A stretch of 64,000 nt of DNA. Origin: Eledone cirrhosa (lineage: Eukaryota). The translations under genes were made by a program, and so were the position numbers. A model generated the notes under the pieces. The model saw only the letters and a program-made list of their open reading frames with translations. It had not been told where the DNA came from and did not search any database. Within the stretch, counting starts at the first letter, position 1; the number at the start of each line of letters is the position of its first letter. Positions 11,688-25,315 of this stretch are shown here, piece after piece. Where the stretch lies: assembly GCA_964016885.1 (NCBI GenBank), contig OZ024742.1:108748001-108812000 (forward strand), written 5' to 3'.

Positions 11688-12599
11688 CTAGCAGTGGTAC
11701 CCGGTGTTGCACGGGATAAGGTATTTTGGAACGTGGGCCACCAACAGACCTAATCGTGGAAAAACTGCATGCGTGGACAATATGTAAAGAAAATAAACAG
11801 AATACTCTGATGGCTGGATAATCTTTAAGATTTTCCTCGATGAAGCAGGAAAAATGTAGGTTTTCACCTAATGCTGCTCCTAGGGGATCAAGAAAATGAA
11901 TTTTTTTTAATGTGCATAATATGCCTTCAAATTTCGGGAAAATCGGCTAGGCGTAACGCCTCAAAAAAGCTCTAAAAAGCTGAAAAATGAAGTTTTTTAC
12001 CTAATGCGAGCCCTAGGCCATAAAAAGTTGGATTTTCTTTGCTTACGGTATGAAGAAGAGACTGACTAATACATAGTTACAATTTCAAGGAAATCAGTCT
12101 AACCTAACGACTCAAAAAACCCTAAAAACCTGAAAAAACGCAATTTTTCACCTAATACTGGGCCCAGGGGATCAAACAGTTGAAATTTTTATGTGCATAA
12201 CACTCCCTGAAATATAAATAATACACATGTAAAGTTTGAAAAAAGTCGGTTTGGTACTTCTCGAGTTTTAGGGATTCAAACTCACACACACGCATAGACA
12301 GACATCCTCAGGCAAGTGACGTAATGCAGACAATCAGACATACAGACAGATATTATAAGGGCACGACGTTATATGTATGTATCTATCTAAAAAGCGAAAG
12401 ACTAAGAATTATAGAGAGAGATCGCTAAATCGCCTAATGCGGTCCCTAGGGCATTGAAAATTTGAAATTGTTTTTGCTCAGAACACTCCCTATTATTACA
12501 TGTGTAAAGTTTGAAAACAGTCGGCTGGGTGGTTCTCGAGTTTTAGGGATTCAAACTCACACAACCACAGACAGACATCCTCAGTTTTATATATATAGA
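11688..12599 (-). mobile_element. Non-autonomous Helitron
   Basis: Minus strand starts TCTATATATATAAAACT and ends with the hairpin cccgtgcaacaccggg followed by taccactgCTAG|T. Confidence 0.7.
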
Positions 12600-13394
12600 C
12601 TAGACCACCCGTGACCCGTTGGGTCATGTTCACTTAAAAATAATTTTTAAATAATTAAAATATACACAAAATGTATATAATGTAAAATGACATTGGAAAG
12701 CCAATATATATATATACGTGTATGTGTGTGTGTATATGTACGTGTATATATATATATATGTTTGTGTGTGGGTGTCTGTGGCCTATATACACTGGTTACA
12801 GACAGACACACACATACATCCTGCCCTAACAGAAGTTATAAGATACATATAACTTAATATTCAGTCACCAAATTCAAGCTAGATACAGTAATGCTGTATT
12901 CAATTCTTTGAAGTCACCAGTCATAATTTCATTCAACAACACCACCAGCTCTCTCCCTCTCTCTCACAACCACTATCTGCGTTTGTATTCACATTTCAAT
13001 GGTACCTTACTTTCAAAGAATTTTCCCATTATGCGCTGATTTGGTTATTTATAAGGGTACCCGAAAAAACCCGCGTATCTCGGGATCCCGTGGTCCGATT
13101 TATGCGAAACTTGTCTTTTCACTGTATTATTCACAAGTATTTTCACAAAGAAAATATCAAATCATTTTTCACTAATAGCTATCCAATCACTCCACTTCAA
13201 AATTCTTTTTTCTATATCTCTATGGATGCTTGACAGTTTGTTCTGAAAGATTTTTCTGCTTAAAAAGTTGCAATGTTAATGAAAAGCTGGTTTTATTTAC
13301 AAAAATTTGAAAGAAATTATTCTTACTTGTCTTAGTTTTTCCTTTTCCTTTCATTTTCTGACGTCGGAATCAACATTTTCTCATATTTATGCTG

Positions 13395-16300
13395 TTACAG
13401 TTTGTTCAAAAGAATGCTTTTGATGACAACATTCTTAGTTGACTGGGTATCCTTCAAAAACACTCTGACATTTTCTTTTCGTTTTCCACGGCTAAGGGCT
13501 ACATACATTTGACCGTGTTGGAATACAGGTCGTCCCAGATAAACCAAGACGTTTTCCATAGTTTGTCCTTGTGCTTTATGAATAGTCATAGCGAAGCACG
13601 ATTGAACTTGGAATTGGCTTCGCTGCAAAGGGAAATCCTCACCTTCGGATAGATTAATTCTTATTCTAGGTATCATAACGATTTCATTTCTGAAAGCAGC
13701 AGTGTTGATTCTTGCTACTATGAGATTGTCGTGCAGTTCTTCCACGATCATGCAAGTTCCATTACAAAGCCTTGGAGGATTCAAGTTTCTCATAAGAATT
13801 ATTGGCGATCCTTTTTTCAATTCCAGGTTATGTGGTGGCAGTCCTGATAGTTCAACCGAATCAATGAACTCAGTCGGGAAATGAGTGGCATTGGCACCAT
13901 CACTCACAGAATTATAGGATCGGTACACTTTTATGGTTCCAGGGAAGAGTCTGATACAGGTGTAATTGATGCTTCTCATCATTTCATTGAGAGGTACTAA
14001 GATGCAATTGTTCGAAAACACTTCAGCTGGTTTGTCGAATGAGGGGTAGATGAAATCAATACATTCTTCCATAGTTGTTGCTTGGAGAACCATTTCTTTT
14101 GGCAAAATAATTTCCTCATTTTCAGTTTTTTTTATCTTATCTTCTCCAATATCCAATAGGAACTGTGAATAGTCTCCTGCTCCCCCACCCAATCGCATGT
14201 TTGTCTTCAACTGAAATCTTTTGAAGCTTCGCCATAAGTAGGATTTTTTAATGCAGGCGTTTTCCACGTCCACTTTTCACTACCGGAAGAAGCTGACGGA
14301 AATCGCCACAGCAAATTGTCAAAATTCCACCGAATGCCTCATTGTTGTCGCATATGTCATGCAGAGTGAGGTCAACAGCTTCGAAGCTTTCCCTCCGAAT
14401 CATAGGACACTCATCCCAAACAATCAGCCTTGTATGTTGGAAGAGGTTTGCCGTCTTTGAGTTTTTATCAATGTTGCACAGACCATTTTCATTCACTACT
14501 ATCGGTATTTTGAACCTAGAATGCGCTGTTCTTCCACCAGGCATCAGTGTTGCGGCAATGCCAGATGACGCAACAGCAATAGCCACGTCACCGTTTCCCC
14601 TGACTTTTGAAAGAATTAAGTTAATCAGGAGTGTCTTTCTTGTTCCACCTGGAGCGTCAATGAAAATCAATGCAGATGTGTTCGTCTCTAAACTGTTACA
14701 AACGAAGTCGTACACATGTTTTTGTTCACTATTCAATAGAGGCTCCGTCTCTTCTACAAATCGTCACTGCTCTTCTCTGCTGTATTGCAATTCATGCAAT
14801 AACTCCAAATTGCCAATATCCTGATTAGCAACAATATTATTTGGCCTTGGCAAGTTAAAGTCACTAAGACTTTTGCCCAGGTCGTTAAGTTTGTCTTCAA
14901 AATACAGAAGACATTGATCATAATGTCTCTCGCTAATCAAAAGGTTAGAGTTTCTGGTAGCCCTTTTTTCTATTTGAAGGTAATCTTCAGACAGCGAATG
15001 CTTAAATCGAACTCATAAAGCACTGGAATTGTCATTTCCGTATTTGTGAGGAGCACGATGAATATATCTCTCATGGCTTTGGGAAGCCTTGTTCGCTCAG
15101 CATCTTCCAGAGTCTGCTGCCAATGATCATCCGATTGAAGCAAACCTTTCTCTCTGCAGACGTCTTTGAATAATGGCAGGAGTTCTCCATCACACATTTT
15201 CAAAGAGTTGAAGGATACTGGCCCTTTGACGTGATGCAGAAGGAGTTTTAAATAATACAGGTCACTACTTCGTGGAGAAACAGCGTATACTCGTCCCAAA
15301 ACGTTCGCCTCAAAAATCCCTGGATACTGCTCAACTGTTTTCCCCACCTTTCTCCTTTCCCATCTCTTATTACTCCAAGTGTAAAACTTTGGGACATCGG
15401 CATAATACAATGTTTTTGCAAACGGATCGCGATCGCAAAGATCCATGAACTCAGTCAGAGTCGTCTTAGCCATGTTATTATTTACTTTAACAGCAGCATT
15501 GACCCGAAAGATTTGATTTTCCTCAGGTAGATGAACTTGAAGGCGTACTACGGCTGGTTCTCTCTCATGAATTGGAAATCCAAGTACCAAGGCAACAGCT
15601 TCTGAAGGACCGATATATCTTCCTGTTAAATACTGTATTATCTCATCTTCCCTGTTCACTCCAAACATTGCCTGATCACTGCCCTTCATGGTATATTTGA
15701 TAACGTATTTGATCGATTTCACGGAAGAGCATATCTCTACGTTTAGGTGGCAGTTGAACAGTTTTAATAGTTTCATATTGTAGGGAACCACCCATTCCGA
15801 AGTTATATTTCGACTTCCCCTTCCTTCTTGGTGTCCCTCAAATCCTCCCATTCCTGGAGACCGTCTTCTGTACACAGGATAAGAGTCCTCTCCACACAAT
15901 GTAAATTCATTGAAATGCTTAGGGTACCGCTTACTGCACGTTCCATCTTTCCAACACGGCGAATTGTTAGAGCAATTCGGACCGTGGATCATGTGCTTCA
16001 GCACCAATTCATGACCCTCTGGATCTTTGTTTGGATCTGGTATCTCGGCTTGAACAAATTTATCATATTCCTGTGGTCTGGGCTTGGATTGGAGGCTTCT
16101 TTGAGCCGTAGCAAACAGTGCACATGAGGAAGACCTCGCTTTTGATATTCGACTATCAGCACGTAAGCAATGCACTTGCCAAATAGGCCATCTACTCCAG
16201 TAAGATACTTTATTAACAGTTTCTGCTTCAGGTCAAATACTCTGGCAATTAAATCTGGCCTGTCATGTGGCTTCTGATTCAGGAATAGGTTTTGCCGGAT

Positions 16301-18441
16301 TTCAGGCCAGTTTGGATTGCATGTCATTGTGATGAAGAACGAAGGATTGTCGTACTTCCGTATGTACATCATGGCATCCTGGCATTGCTCCATCATATAT
16401 CTCGGTCCACCGAAAAATGTGGAAGATAGTATGATTCGCTTGCCAATATTGCGAAAATCGTCATCATCATTCAATGCGTCAGTAAGGCCTTTGTATGTTG
16501 TAGATCGCAATGATGTTTGATTCATTCGGATGTATTGCAGTCTATCTCCTTCAATCTTCGCAGCCATGTCAACCAAATATTGCTGAAATAAACGACCGCC
16601 TCTGAGAAGCTGGTTGAATTCATTCTCATGGTTCATTATTCGATATGCATAGTAGCGCATTGGCGTCAACTTCTTGTTGTTGCTCATTAACAGCTCATGA
16701 TGCCATACGTCATCGCCAAAAGGAAACAAATAGAACATACTGAAAACTGTCATAGGACCGATGGGACTCTGAGATTATTTGCAATTGTCCGCCTTTTTCT
16801 TTCAACACAATGTGCCGTGCTTTTGCTTGAAGTTCGGTGCTTTTTTGTATAATAACGGCAACTTCGTTTGCAGTTTGTGCATTGAATCTTCTCTCATGTT
16901 CCATTGCTGGTCTCCCATCAGGATCAATAATAGTCGAAGCTTCGGGAATATTTTTAATTTGTTCTTTTGCCATTCGAAATGAAGCAACGTAAGGGTTATA
17001 TTGTCTGAGTATTATTTCCAATAATTCAACTATGTCGCGCTGAAATGCCATCGTTATGGAGTATCCTGATCCTCAAATCAACACTATCCTGAGGATCCAA
17101 GAAGTAAATTTAAAGAAATTGGGGTTGTTCGTTGGGATTAGGGGTTAAGGAACCGATGTAATGGTGAATTTGACCATGAATAACGATAGAAGGATTCCAT
17201 CCACTCCTTGAGGGACGAACTTCTTCGGTCCCAAAAGATGTCATTTGGAACAGGCAGTTGTATTTTCTGAGGTTCTTCCTGAACTCGTTTGCCCTAGGTT
17301 GATCAGTACTAAATAAACTGTGAAGTTCCTGGTGTAAAGGCTGCAGATTCCCCAACCTGACTTTTCCATTCATACAGCAAAAGTTAGCAGTTTCACCATG
17401 AAAAAGCATTGCATGACAACAGACACAGATCTTATTCATCTGTCCAACATCAGCAGAGAGGTCACGTCGTTGAACTGTCCTTGCTCTATCCCTAATGGTT
17501 TGTTGGCAAAGACTTTCAGTTCTCCGAGCGTCCGATTCATGATCTCTCCTGCTTCTGTCTCTTTCCCTCTATTCCGCCTGACGTTCAGCTCTCCGACCAT
17601 CCGATTCATGATCTCTCCTTCTTCTGTCTATTTCCCTCTATTCCGCCTGACGTTCAGCTCTCCGACCATCCGATTCATGATCTCTCCTTCTTCTGTCTAT
17701 TTCCTTCTGTTCCGCCTGACGTTCAGCTCTCCGACCATCCGATTCATGATCTCTCCTGCTTCTGTCTCTTTCCCTCTATTCCGCCTGACGTTCAGCTCTC
17801 CGAGCGTCCGATTCATGATCTCTCCTTCTTCTGTCTCTTTCCCTCTATTCCGCCAGACGCTCAGCTCTCCAACCATCCGATTCATGATCTCTCCTGTTTC
17901 TGTCTCTTTCCTTCTGTTCCGCCTGACGCTCAGCTCTCCGACCATCCGATTCATGATCTCTCCTTCTTCTGTCTATTTCCTTCTGTTCCGCCAGACGCTC
18001 AGCTCTCCAACCATCCGATTCATGATCTCTCCTTCTTCTGTCTATTTCCTTCTGTTCCGCCAGACGCTCAGCTCTCCGACCATCCGATTCATGATCTCTC
18101 CTTCTTCTGTCTATTTCCTTCTGTTCCGCCAGACGCTCAGCTCTCCAACCATCCGATTCATGATCTCTCCTTCTTCTGTCTATTTCCTTCTGTTCCGCCA
18201 GACGCTCAGCTCTCCGACCATCCGATTCATGATCTCTCCTGCTTCTGTCTCTTTCCCTCTGTTCCGCCAGACGCGCAGCCCTTGCTTTATCAGTCTCATC
18301 GATCCTTCTATTCGCATGCCTGTCCCGATCTTGTTGGCGTTGACCACTATCTTGCTCACCTTCTTCGGCTCACCTTAGCCGTGCTTTTTTTCCACTATCG
18401 ATAGACCAACCATATGTTTTCTTTCTTCCTCGTCGAGGCAT
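13395..18441 (-). pseudogene. Helitron RepHel (HUH Rep + PIF1-like helicase), with multiple frameshifts and stops
   Basis: FFITMTCNPNWPEI; VEYQKRGLPHVHCL; IKYVIKY; FIDAPGGTRKT; SGIAATLMPGGRTAHSRFKIP; WDECPM; GDFRQLLPVV; FAMTIHKAQGQT; HGQMYVALSR. Confidence 0.95.
17521..18279 (-). repeat. 69-bp coding minisatellite (~11 units) in the RepHel N-terminus
   Basis: Period 69 (17572 to 17641); minus frame reads HESDGRRAERQAEQ(K/R)EIDRRRRD, with TAG in some units. Confidence 0.85.
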
Positions 18442-19176
18442 TATTTAAGAATAGAAAATCGTATTCACCTTAGAAAAAATTCCTATTAACTCAACAAATA
18501 TTTTTTTTAAATCATCATTTAGAAATATTTCTAAATAATGAAAATATTGTCTGTTTAAACAATTCGTATTTTTCAAATCATATTCACTTAAAAAATACTT
18601 ATTAATAATTAAAATATTCTGTTTAAAGAAAGCTGAAATATATATACTCAGTGTACAAATAATTTGTATTTTTTAAGTCATTTTCACTTAAGAATATTTG
18701 TTAAATATGCCAAGAAATATTTTTTCCGTCGTATTCACTTGAAAATAATTTTTAAAAAATGAAGATATTGTCTATGTAAATAAAGCTATTTGTGAAATCA
18801 AATTCACTTTAAAATATTTCTAAATAATTGAAATATTCTTTTTAACAAAAGCAAAAATATAAACACCTACTGTTTAACACCAACTGGTATTTTTCAGTGA
18901 TATTCACTTAATGCTTTTCTGATTATTAAAATATTGTCTGTTTAAAGAAAGCTTGAATATAGATACTTGAAGTACAAACAACTTGTAGTTTTGAAATCAT
19001 ATTCACTGAGAAATCACTGAAAAATTTTTTTTTTATAATTATTAAACTATTTTCATCATTCGAGAAATATTTTTATGTCGATTTACGTCAAACCTGTTTT
19101 ATCCCCATTTCAGGGTTATATCACTTACAGGGCTATTTTTCCATTATGCACCGTTTTGGCTATTTACGAAGGTATC

Positions 19177-19317
<141 letters not shown>

Positions 19318-20306
19318 TCTAACTTAAGTACTGTTACACACACACACATGTCTCTAAGTACGTAAACACATGCAGTGGCACACATACACATACAGATACA
19401 CACGGTGGCAGTATAACTGTGAAAGAGAGAGAAAGAAATAACGTTATGGATAGAGGGAGTTTTAAAATAAATAAAAGTTAAGGACGCTGTCTCTTTCCCT
19501 ATCTGTAATCCCCCTCCTCTCTCTCTCTTTCTCACTCTCACCCCTCTCTCTCTCTCTCTCTTTCTCCCTCTCACCCCTCTCTGTCTCTCTTACCAACAGA
19601 ATAGACAACCAAAAAACAAATGGATTATTTCTTTCGATATTCATTATAAAATAAGTTAAATTGAATTTAGATGAATTCCTTGCTATTTTTGGAAAATTGA
19701 AAATATTGTCCATGTGCGATTTACGCCAAACTTGTTTTATTCAGAGTATTTTCTCATTATGCAATGTTTTGGCTATTTACGAAGTTTTGCGGGTTATGTT
19801 AATTTCGAGGTATTTTCCCAGTATTCACCGTTGTGGCTATTTACGAAGGTACCCCCAAAACCCGCGAATCTCGGCAACCCGGGGTCAGATTTTCGCGAAA
19901 CTTGTTTTATTCAATTTGTATTCCTATTTCAGAGGCAACTTGCTTTCAAAGTATTTACCCACTATGCGCCCTTTTGGCTGTATTACATAACAGACAAGCA
20001 AGCAAGCACGCAAGATCAGAGTTTTAGTAGTATATAGATAGATAGATAAATAGATAGATTACACATCGGGGACCGAAAAGAGGCTGTTTAAGTCTGAATT
20101 TTCAAAGCTACTTATAGTTAGCTCCCTTAGATCTAAAATTTGAAGTAGCCTCCCCTTTGATAAAAATAGCTTTTTAATTAACTGTAAATTCAAGTAAGAA
20201 GTTCTTTATGTCATCGATATCCATATATGCAATTATTAATACTAACACTGAAATTATAACCAAATTTTTTCTTTAGTTAGTGTCGAGTGTTCCATATCGG
20301 TGACGT

Positions 20307-22604
20307 CGTGCACAGAAAATTCTCAGTTGGATAATTGCTGGGCGGCAGATTGCCAGGCGGAAAATTACCCGTGGGGAAAATTGCCAGTGAGGAATATTGC
20401 CTGTGCTTTAGGTTTTACTTAAGGTTTTGAATCTATTTATTTTACAGTGCTTTGGAATGAGGTTTCATTAACTGAAAGCCTTAAGATTTACAACGAAATG
20501 TTTTATTGATCATCATTTCATATATAAAAAAAAAAAATAAAAGGATAAGGTTCTATGAATTTAAAAGCATAAAGATTTAAAACGCCAAAATTTTTATTTA
20601 TAAACATTATGTAAATAAAAAAATTCATTTCATTATAATATAAAGAAAAAAAATGAATATTTCACAAATAAGGAATTAAAAAATATAAGAAAACCTTTTT
20701 AAAATGAATGGAGATTATAGGCAACAGATCGAAGAAATGTTATTTTATCGTCTGAGTTATATAGCTTAACAGTTCTCTCCAGTTTATAATTGATATTTTT
20801 GTACTTTTGGGGATTACGAATCTCATCTCCTCGTTCGAATTGTAGTATTTTTGTTTGCACTAAAATTTCCTCCTTCTTCAAAAATGAAATACACTTCCAG
20901 ATATTTGGATGACATTGTGCGATATTTTTGGAAAAAGCATTATTGAACTCTTCAATGCTGTTGTTGGTACGTGACATGCAACGCTCCACTTTTGAATGAA
21001 CATTCCACATAGGAATTGGAAATAACGGCGTTGACCTTCTCCTATTGTTACCCCTTCCTCCCATAACACCAATGTACGTTAATTCAAAATAGAACAGAAA
21101 CTCTTCAGGAATATCTTCATCTTGGGATAGTTCTTCAAAGCCTGTAACATCATTACACGGGAGGGAAGCCAAGGCTGAAAAACATCGTACCTTTAAACTA
21201 AAGCTGCCTTCATTGTGGTATCGATTTTTGAAACCAAGGATCACAATCTTTCTGTAGAGTGCCTGACAAAAGTGGAAAAGACAGCCAGTGTGTTCAGTTT
21301 GAGGAAAAACACTCATTAGTCCATTTATCGAAGCCTTTTCAAAATCGCTCATTATCGTGTGGGGGTCTTGCTGTACTAAATTCTTAATTATGTTGAATAG
21401 GTTTTCATATGTTGTTTCAATTTTGTTAGGAAGAAATTCAAAAACACGTGAAAACTAGATTTTTTAACCTGTACATGAATTGTAAAAAGCTGATAATACA
21501 CATCAGGTGACACCTTGATTGTTCCATCTATAGCCCAGTTTCTATAGTTTCTTAAATCCTGAATGCCATCATTCGAACTAAATAACAATATTCGATTTTC
21601 ATCATCGAGTCCAGAATCATACTGGGTGAATCTTTCTTCAGAATCAAGATTTTGAAATTCGGGTGGAATTGTGAATCCTGTCCTTTCAGAGGGAATTAGT
21701 GGGGTGCACGATGTTTGCTTTTTCCAGTGTCGAACATTTCTACTTATATGTTGCGCGTTTCTTAGCTCAGAACGTGCACATTCATCTAAAGATGATAAAC
21801 AATTTGCAACCATAGAACGAGTAGGTTGACTCGAAGTCAAAACTTCTTCCTTCAGATCTTGAATGGCTACTTTAGCATCCACCTTACTCTTGGTGTAAGT
21901 GTGATTGTGTTCGTTAACAAATTTTAAAATTTCGTAATCGTGATTTGGTGTGTATTTGGACACGATTTCTGTTTTCTTACAGCACATTCCCAATAGATTT
22001 TTGTTCCTTGTTTAGCCCATTTTGATGATACATATTTTGAAGTTCATCGACAAGAATATCCTTACCACGTTCAATTGTTAGAAAAGAAGCCATTAGGGGT
22101 ACAAGAATAATATAAAAAACAATATATCTCTTTCGTACCAATTCATTCACGCCTTCAACTAATTTCTTCTTTAAGTAAATCACGTAAATTTGAGTTCAAA
22201 TGAAAAAGAGAAATTGTAGTTATGGTTTGAAAAAGCAATTATAAAAAATAATGGATAGAGAAATTGTAGTTTTAGTTAGAACAAGCAGTTATAAAAAGAG
22301 AAATGGATAACCTTATGTTATTAATATTCTCGTCAGGTTACACTTCAAATAAAAAAAATAAGCACTTATAAAAAGAGAAATGGTAGTTTTGGTCCAAATA
22401 AGCAATAATTATAAAAAGAGGAATTAATTTTTTAAGCTGGAATTATCTTCATTTACATTAGATTCTCTGAGATCAATCTTTTAATTCGTCAATGGCAATA
22501 TTCCGCACTGGCAATTTGTCTCAATGGCAATTTTCCCCATGGGTAATTTTCCACCTGGCAATCTTCCGGCTGGCAATTTTCCAACTGGGAATTTTCCTAG
22601 AACC
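20307..22604 (-). mobile_element. Mutator-like (MULE) DNA transposon
   Basis: ~100-bp imperfect TIRs (gaaaattctcagttggataattgc.. / ..gcaattttccaactgggaattttc); candidate 9-bp TSD cggtgacgt/aggtgacgt. Confidence 0.8.
20699..22092 (-). pseudogene. MULE transposase, frameshifted
   Basis: EHNH; WAIDGTIKVSPDVYYQLFTIH; MSDFEKA..GCLFHFCQAL; RTNNSIEEFN. Confidence 0.9.
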
Positions 22605-24102
22605 AGGTGACGTCATGCTGATATATTATGTATTACTGCCAACCCCAGCCAGTCAGCCACTGCTGCTGTCCTTTGCTAACCGACTAGCAGTTAATGCCAC
22701 ATGTGGGATACTGCCACTGGCTCGAAAATTTAGTAGTAAGGTCGATTCTCGGAAATCCCTTATAGGACTGTTGGTCGGTGATGATTCCATTGTCTGGAAT
22801 TTGCTGGTTATCAATTTATCATGATCCTCCATGGAATTTAAAACAGTACTGTACCAGCTTAGACGAGGGTTTTTGTACTCCGGCAGATTTTTGTGAGCTA
22901 AACTAGGAGGATACTGACTGTTTCAATTGATGAAATTGTGAAGAATTTAACGTTTTCAGGTTTTAAACTGTCGATCCAATAATTACTAGGGCAATTTTTA
23001 GTTTTTAGACCTTATTTAGACCTTACTTTTAGAACTTTAAAAAAAATGTATAACTTATATAGACCTAAAGATATTATAAATTTTAACTCAAGGCTTTTAT
23101 TATTCAGTAAAAAAAAAAAAGAAAGAAGAGGCTATGTAGCCGGTCCCAGTAAAATAGACACCCAGGCTATGTAGCCGGTAAGAGTGTCAAAGACCATGAG
23201 TTGCGGCCCTTTATAGTCTTAGTTCTAAAACACTATTTATTAGATTCCGGGAACCCAGTTAGAGTGGCGTCCCTTTAGGGTTGGGTTTACAGGCTTGGTA
23301 GCCTATTCGAAAAAGAAAAAAGCACCAAACGACAAAACCAAAACTTTTTACATATCATATATTGCTGCAACATAAAATTTCACGTTCTCAGGGGAAAAAA
23401 AACCTCTTTAGTTAGTATTTTACCGAACATTTAAAAACTCCACTCCACACTAGCTGGTGTAGGTTAACACTTAAACAAGATACTGTAATCCATGGAGAGT
23501 ATTGACAAGTTTTCCACTCGGCAAATTCGTCCTAGATTGTTTTCCTCCAATCTAGCGCTCATAATTTTTTTTTTTTTTTTTGCACAGATCTTGGGGGAAA
23601 TTCAAATATTTTAAATGCTTTCTCAATTGGATATTTTCCACTCTCGCTTTTTTTTTTTTTTTTTTTTTATTAAATCCTTCAGTGTCAAATAGCATCGCAC
23701 TGTCTGTGTCAAACTCGCTTCTATTGTTGGTCAATTGACACAGCATTTAGCCTTTTTCACAAGAATTCCTTCTTCATCGATTCAATTAATTATTTCATGA
23801 ACGCAGGGTGAATTATTTGCGTAATATTCAGCTCCGATAAAACATATAACATGTACATAAATTGTAGCGCATATCCCAATAGATGTGTGTTTTGGTAGCT
23901 TGGGGAGAAAATACAATTATTGGAGGGGATTATGCCCCCCACCAGTTCCACCACCACTGTATATATATAATGTTTTTTTTTAATATGCACTGAGCCCTCT
24001 CCTAAGGGGTTAATATATCGAGCTTCTTCACATTTAGTAAGATATTATACACAATTTATTCATCTTATATATTCATCTTATATATTCATCTTATATATTC
24101 AT

Positions 24103-24184
<82 letters not shown>

Positions 24185-24198
24185 TCTTATATATTCAT

Positions 24199-24267
<69 letters not shown>

Positions 24268-24272
<5 letters not shown>

Positions 24273-24455
24273 AAAATGTTTAACCCCGACGGCAGAGCTC
24301 AAGCCGTTTCGACTATTTAGTCCAGAAATAGCCGTCGAAACGGCTTGAGCTCTGCCGTCGGGGTTAAACATTTTCCTATTACTCACTCTACTACCCTAAG
24401 TATTGAGTACTCTGGTGCGTTAAGGTCCATCTGGTTCCTTACCACACTTCCTTCG

Positions 24456-24458
<3 letters not shown>
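24268..24458 (+). mobile_element. Short PLE-like 3' end with an inverted 5' copy
   Basis: Palindrome 24268-24379 (ggaaaatgtttaaccccgacggcagagctcaagccgtttcgac / mirror); tail 24379-24458 matches 11204-11285. Confidence 0.65.
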
Positions 24459-24486
<28 letters not shown>

Positions 24487-24540
24487 CATACATACATACA
24501 TACATACATACATACATACATACATACATACATACATACA

Positions 24541-24950
24541 TAGTGGCTGCCAACTCGTTTTCGAGTATGGCCACTACTTTATATCCATGTAGGAGAACCC
24601 CTACCGGTGCGCTGAACGAGTGTGACTTTTTAGTCCAGCCAGCGACTTGAAAACTCTGGTACAAACACTACACTTGTGACAATTATTGACATATAGTGCT
24701 GGGCCCATGGTACCATGAGATGACAAGTGCAGAGAGATCTCCAGATATAAAGCAATGCCTGTGCCGTGAAGCTTTTATAGTGAGCAAAGGCACTGCACAA
24801 AGCCAGTCCCACTCTCTTAACCAAGATGATATTTACCAAAAAGAAGAACAAGTCAACATCATTGGATACCATTAGGGTTGCAGGTGTTATATCAGAGTTT
24901 TCCTTCTCCTAGAATTCTGCCTTGACAAAGGCTAAGGGGTCATCTCTCCC
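24541..24950 (-). mobile_element. Non-autonomous RTE-derived element (copy 1)
   Basis: Near-identical to 33861-34268 and 57555-57960; encodes a decayed CSVCTRVFKSLAGLKSH zinc finger; followed by a (CATA)n tail. Confidence 0.75.
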
Positions 24951-25029
24951 GGCATACATACATACATACATGATGATGGCTGCCCCCTCGTTATCGAGTA
25001 TGGCCATTGCACAAGAAAAAAAAAATATT

Positions 25030-25060
<31 letters not shown>

Positions 25061-25315
25061 TAATAATAATAATGTTTTCTTTATTAACCACAAGGGTTTA
25101 CATAAAGTAGACATTAAGGACAGTACAGGACAATACAGGACAGTACAAATGGGCATTTCTGCGTGTAAAAAACAGAGGATGTAATAAAATAACAAAGAAA
25201 AATCCCCCAATAGGGGGGAGACTTCCGAGGGACATTTGTGGAGAAAGCCCATTAAAAGACCACAGTGACCCTGACCACCAGGGCAAGTGCCCTCTCCCAG
25301 TTTTCCACCTTTAAT

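Noticed and set aside
17398-18378. 326-aa plus-strand repeat protein
   Set aside because: Antisense shadow of the Helitron N-terminal minisatellite
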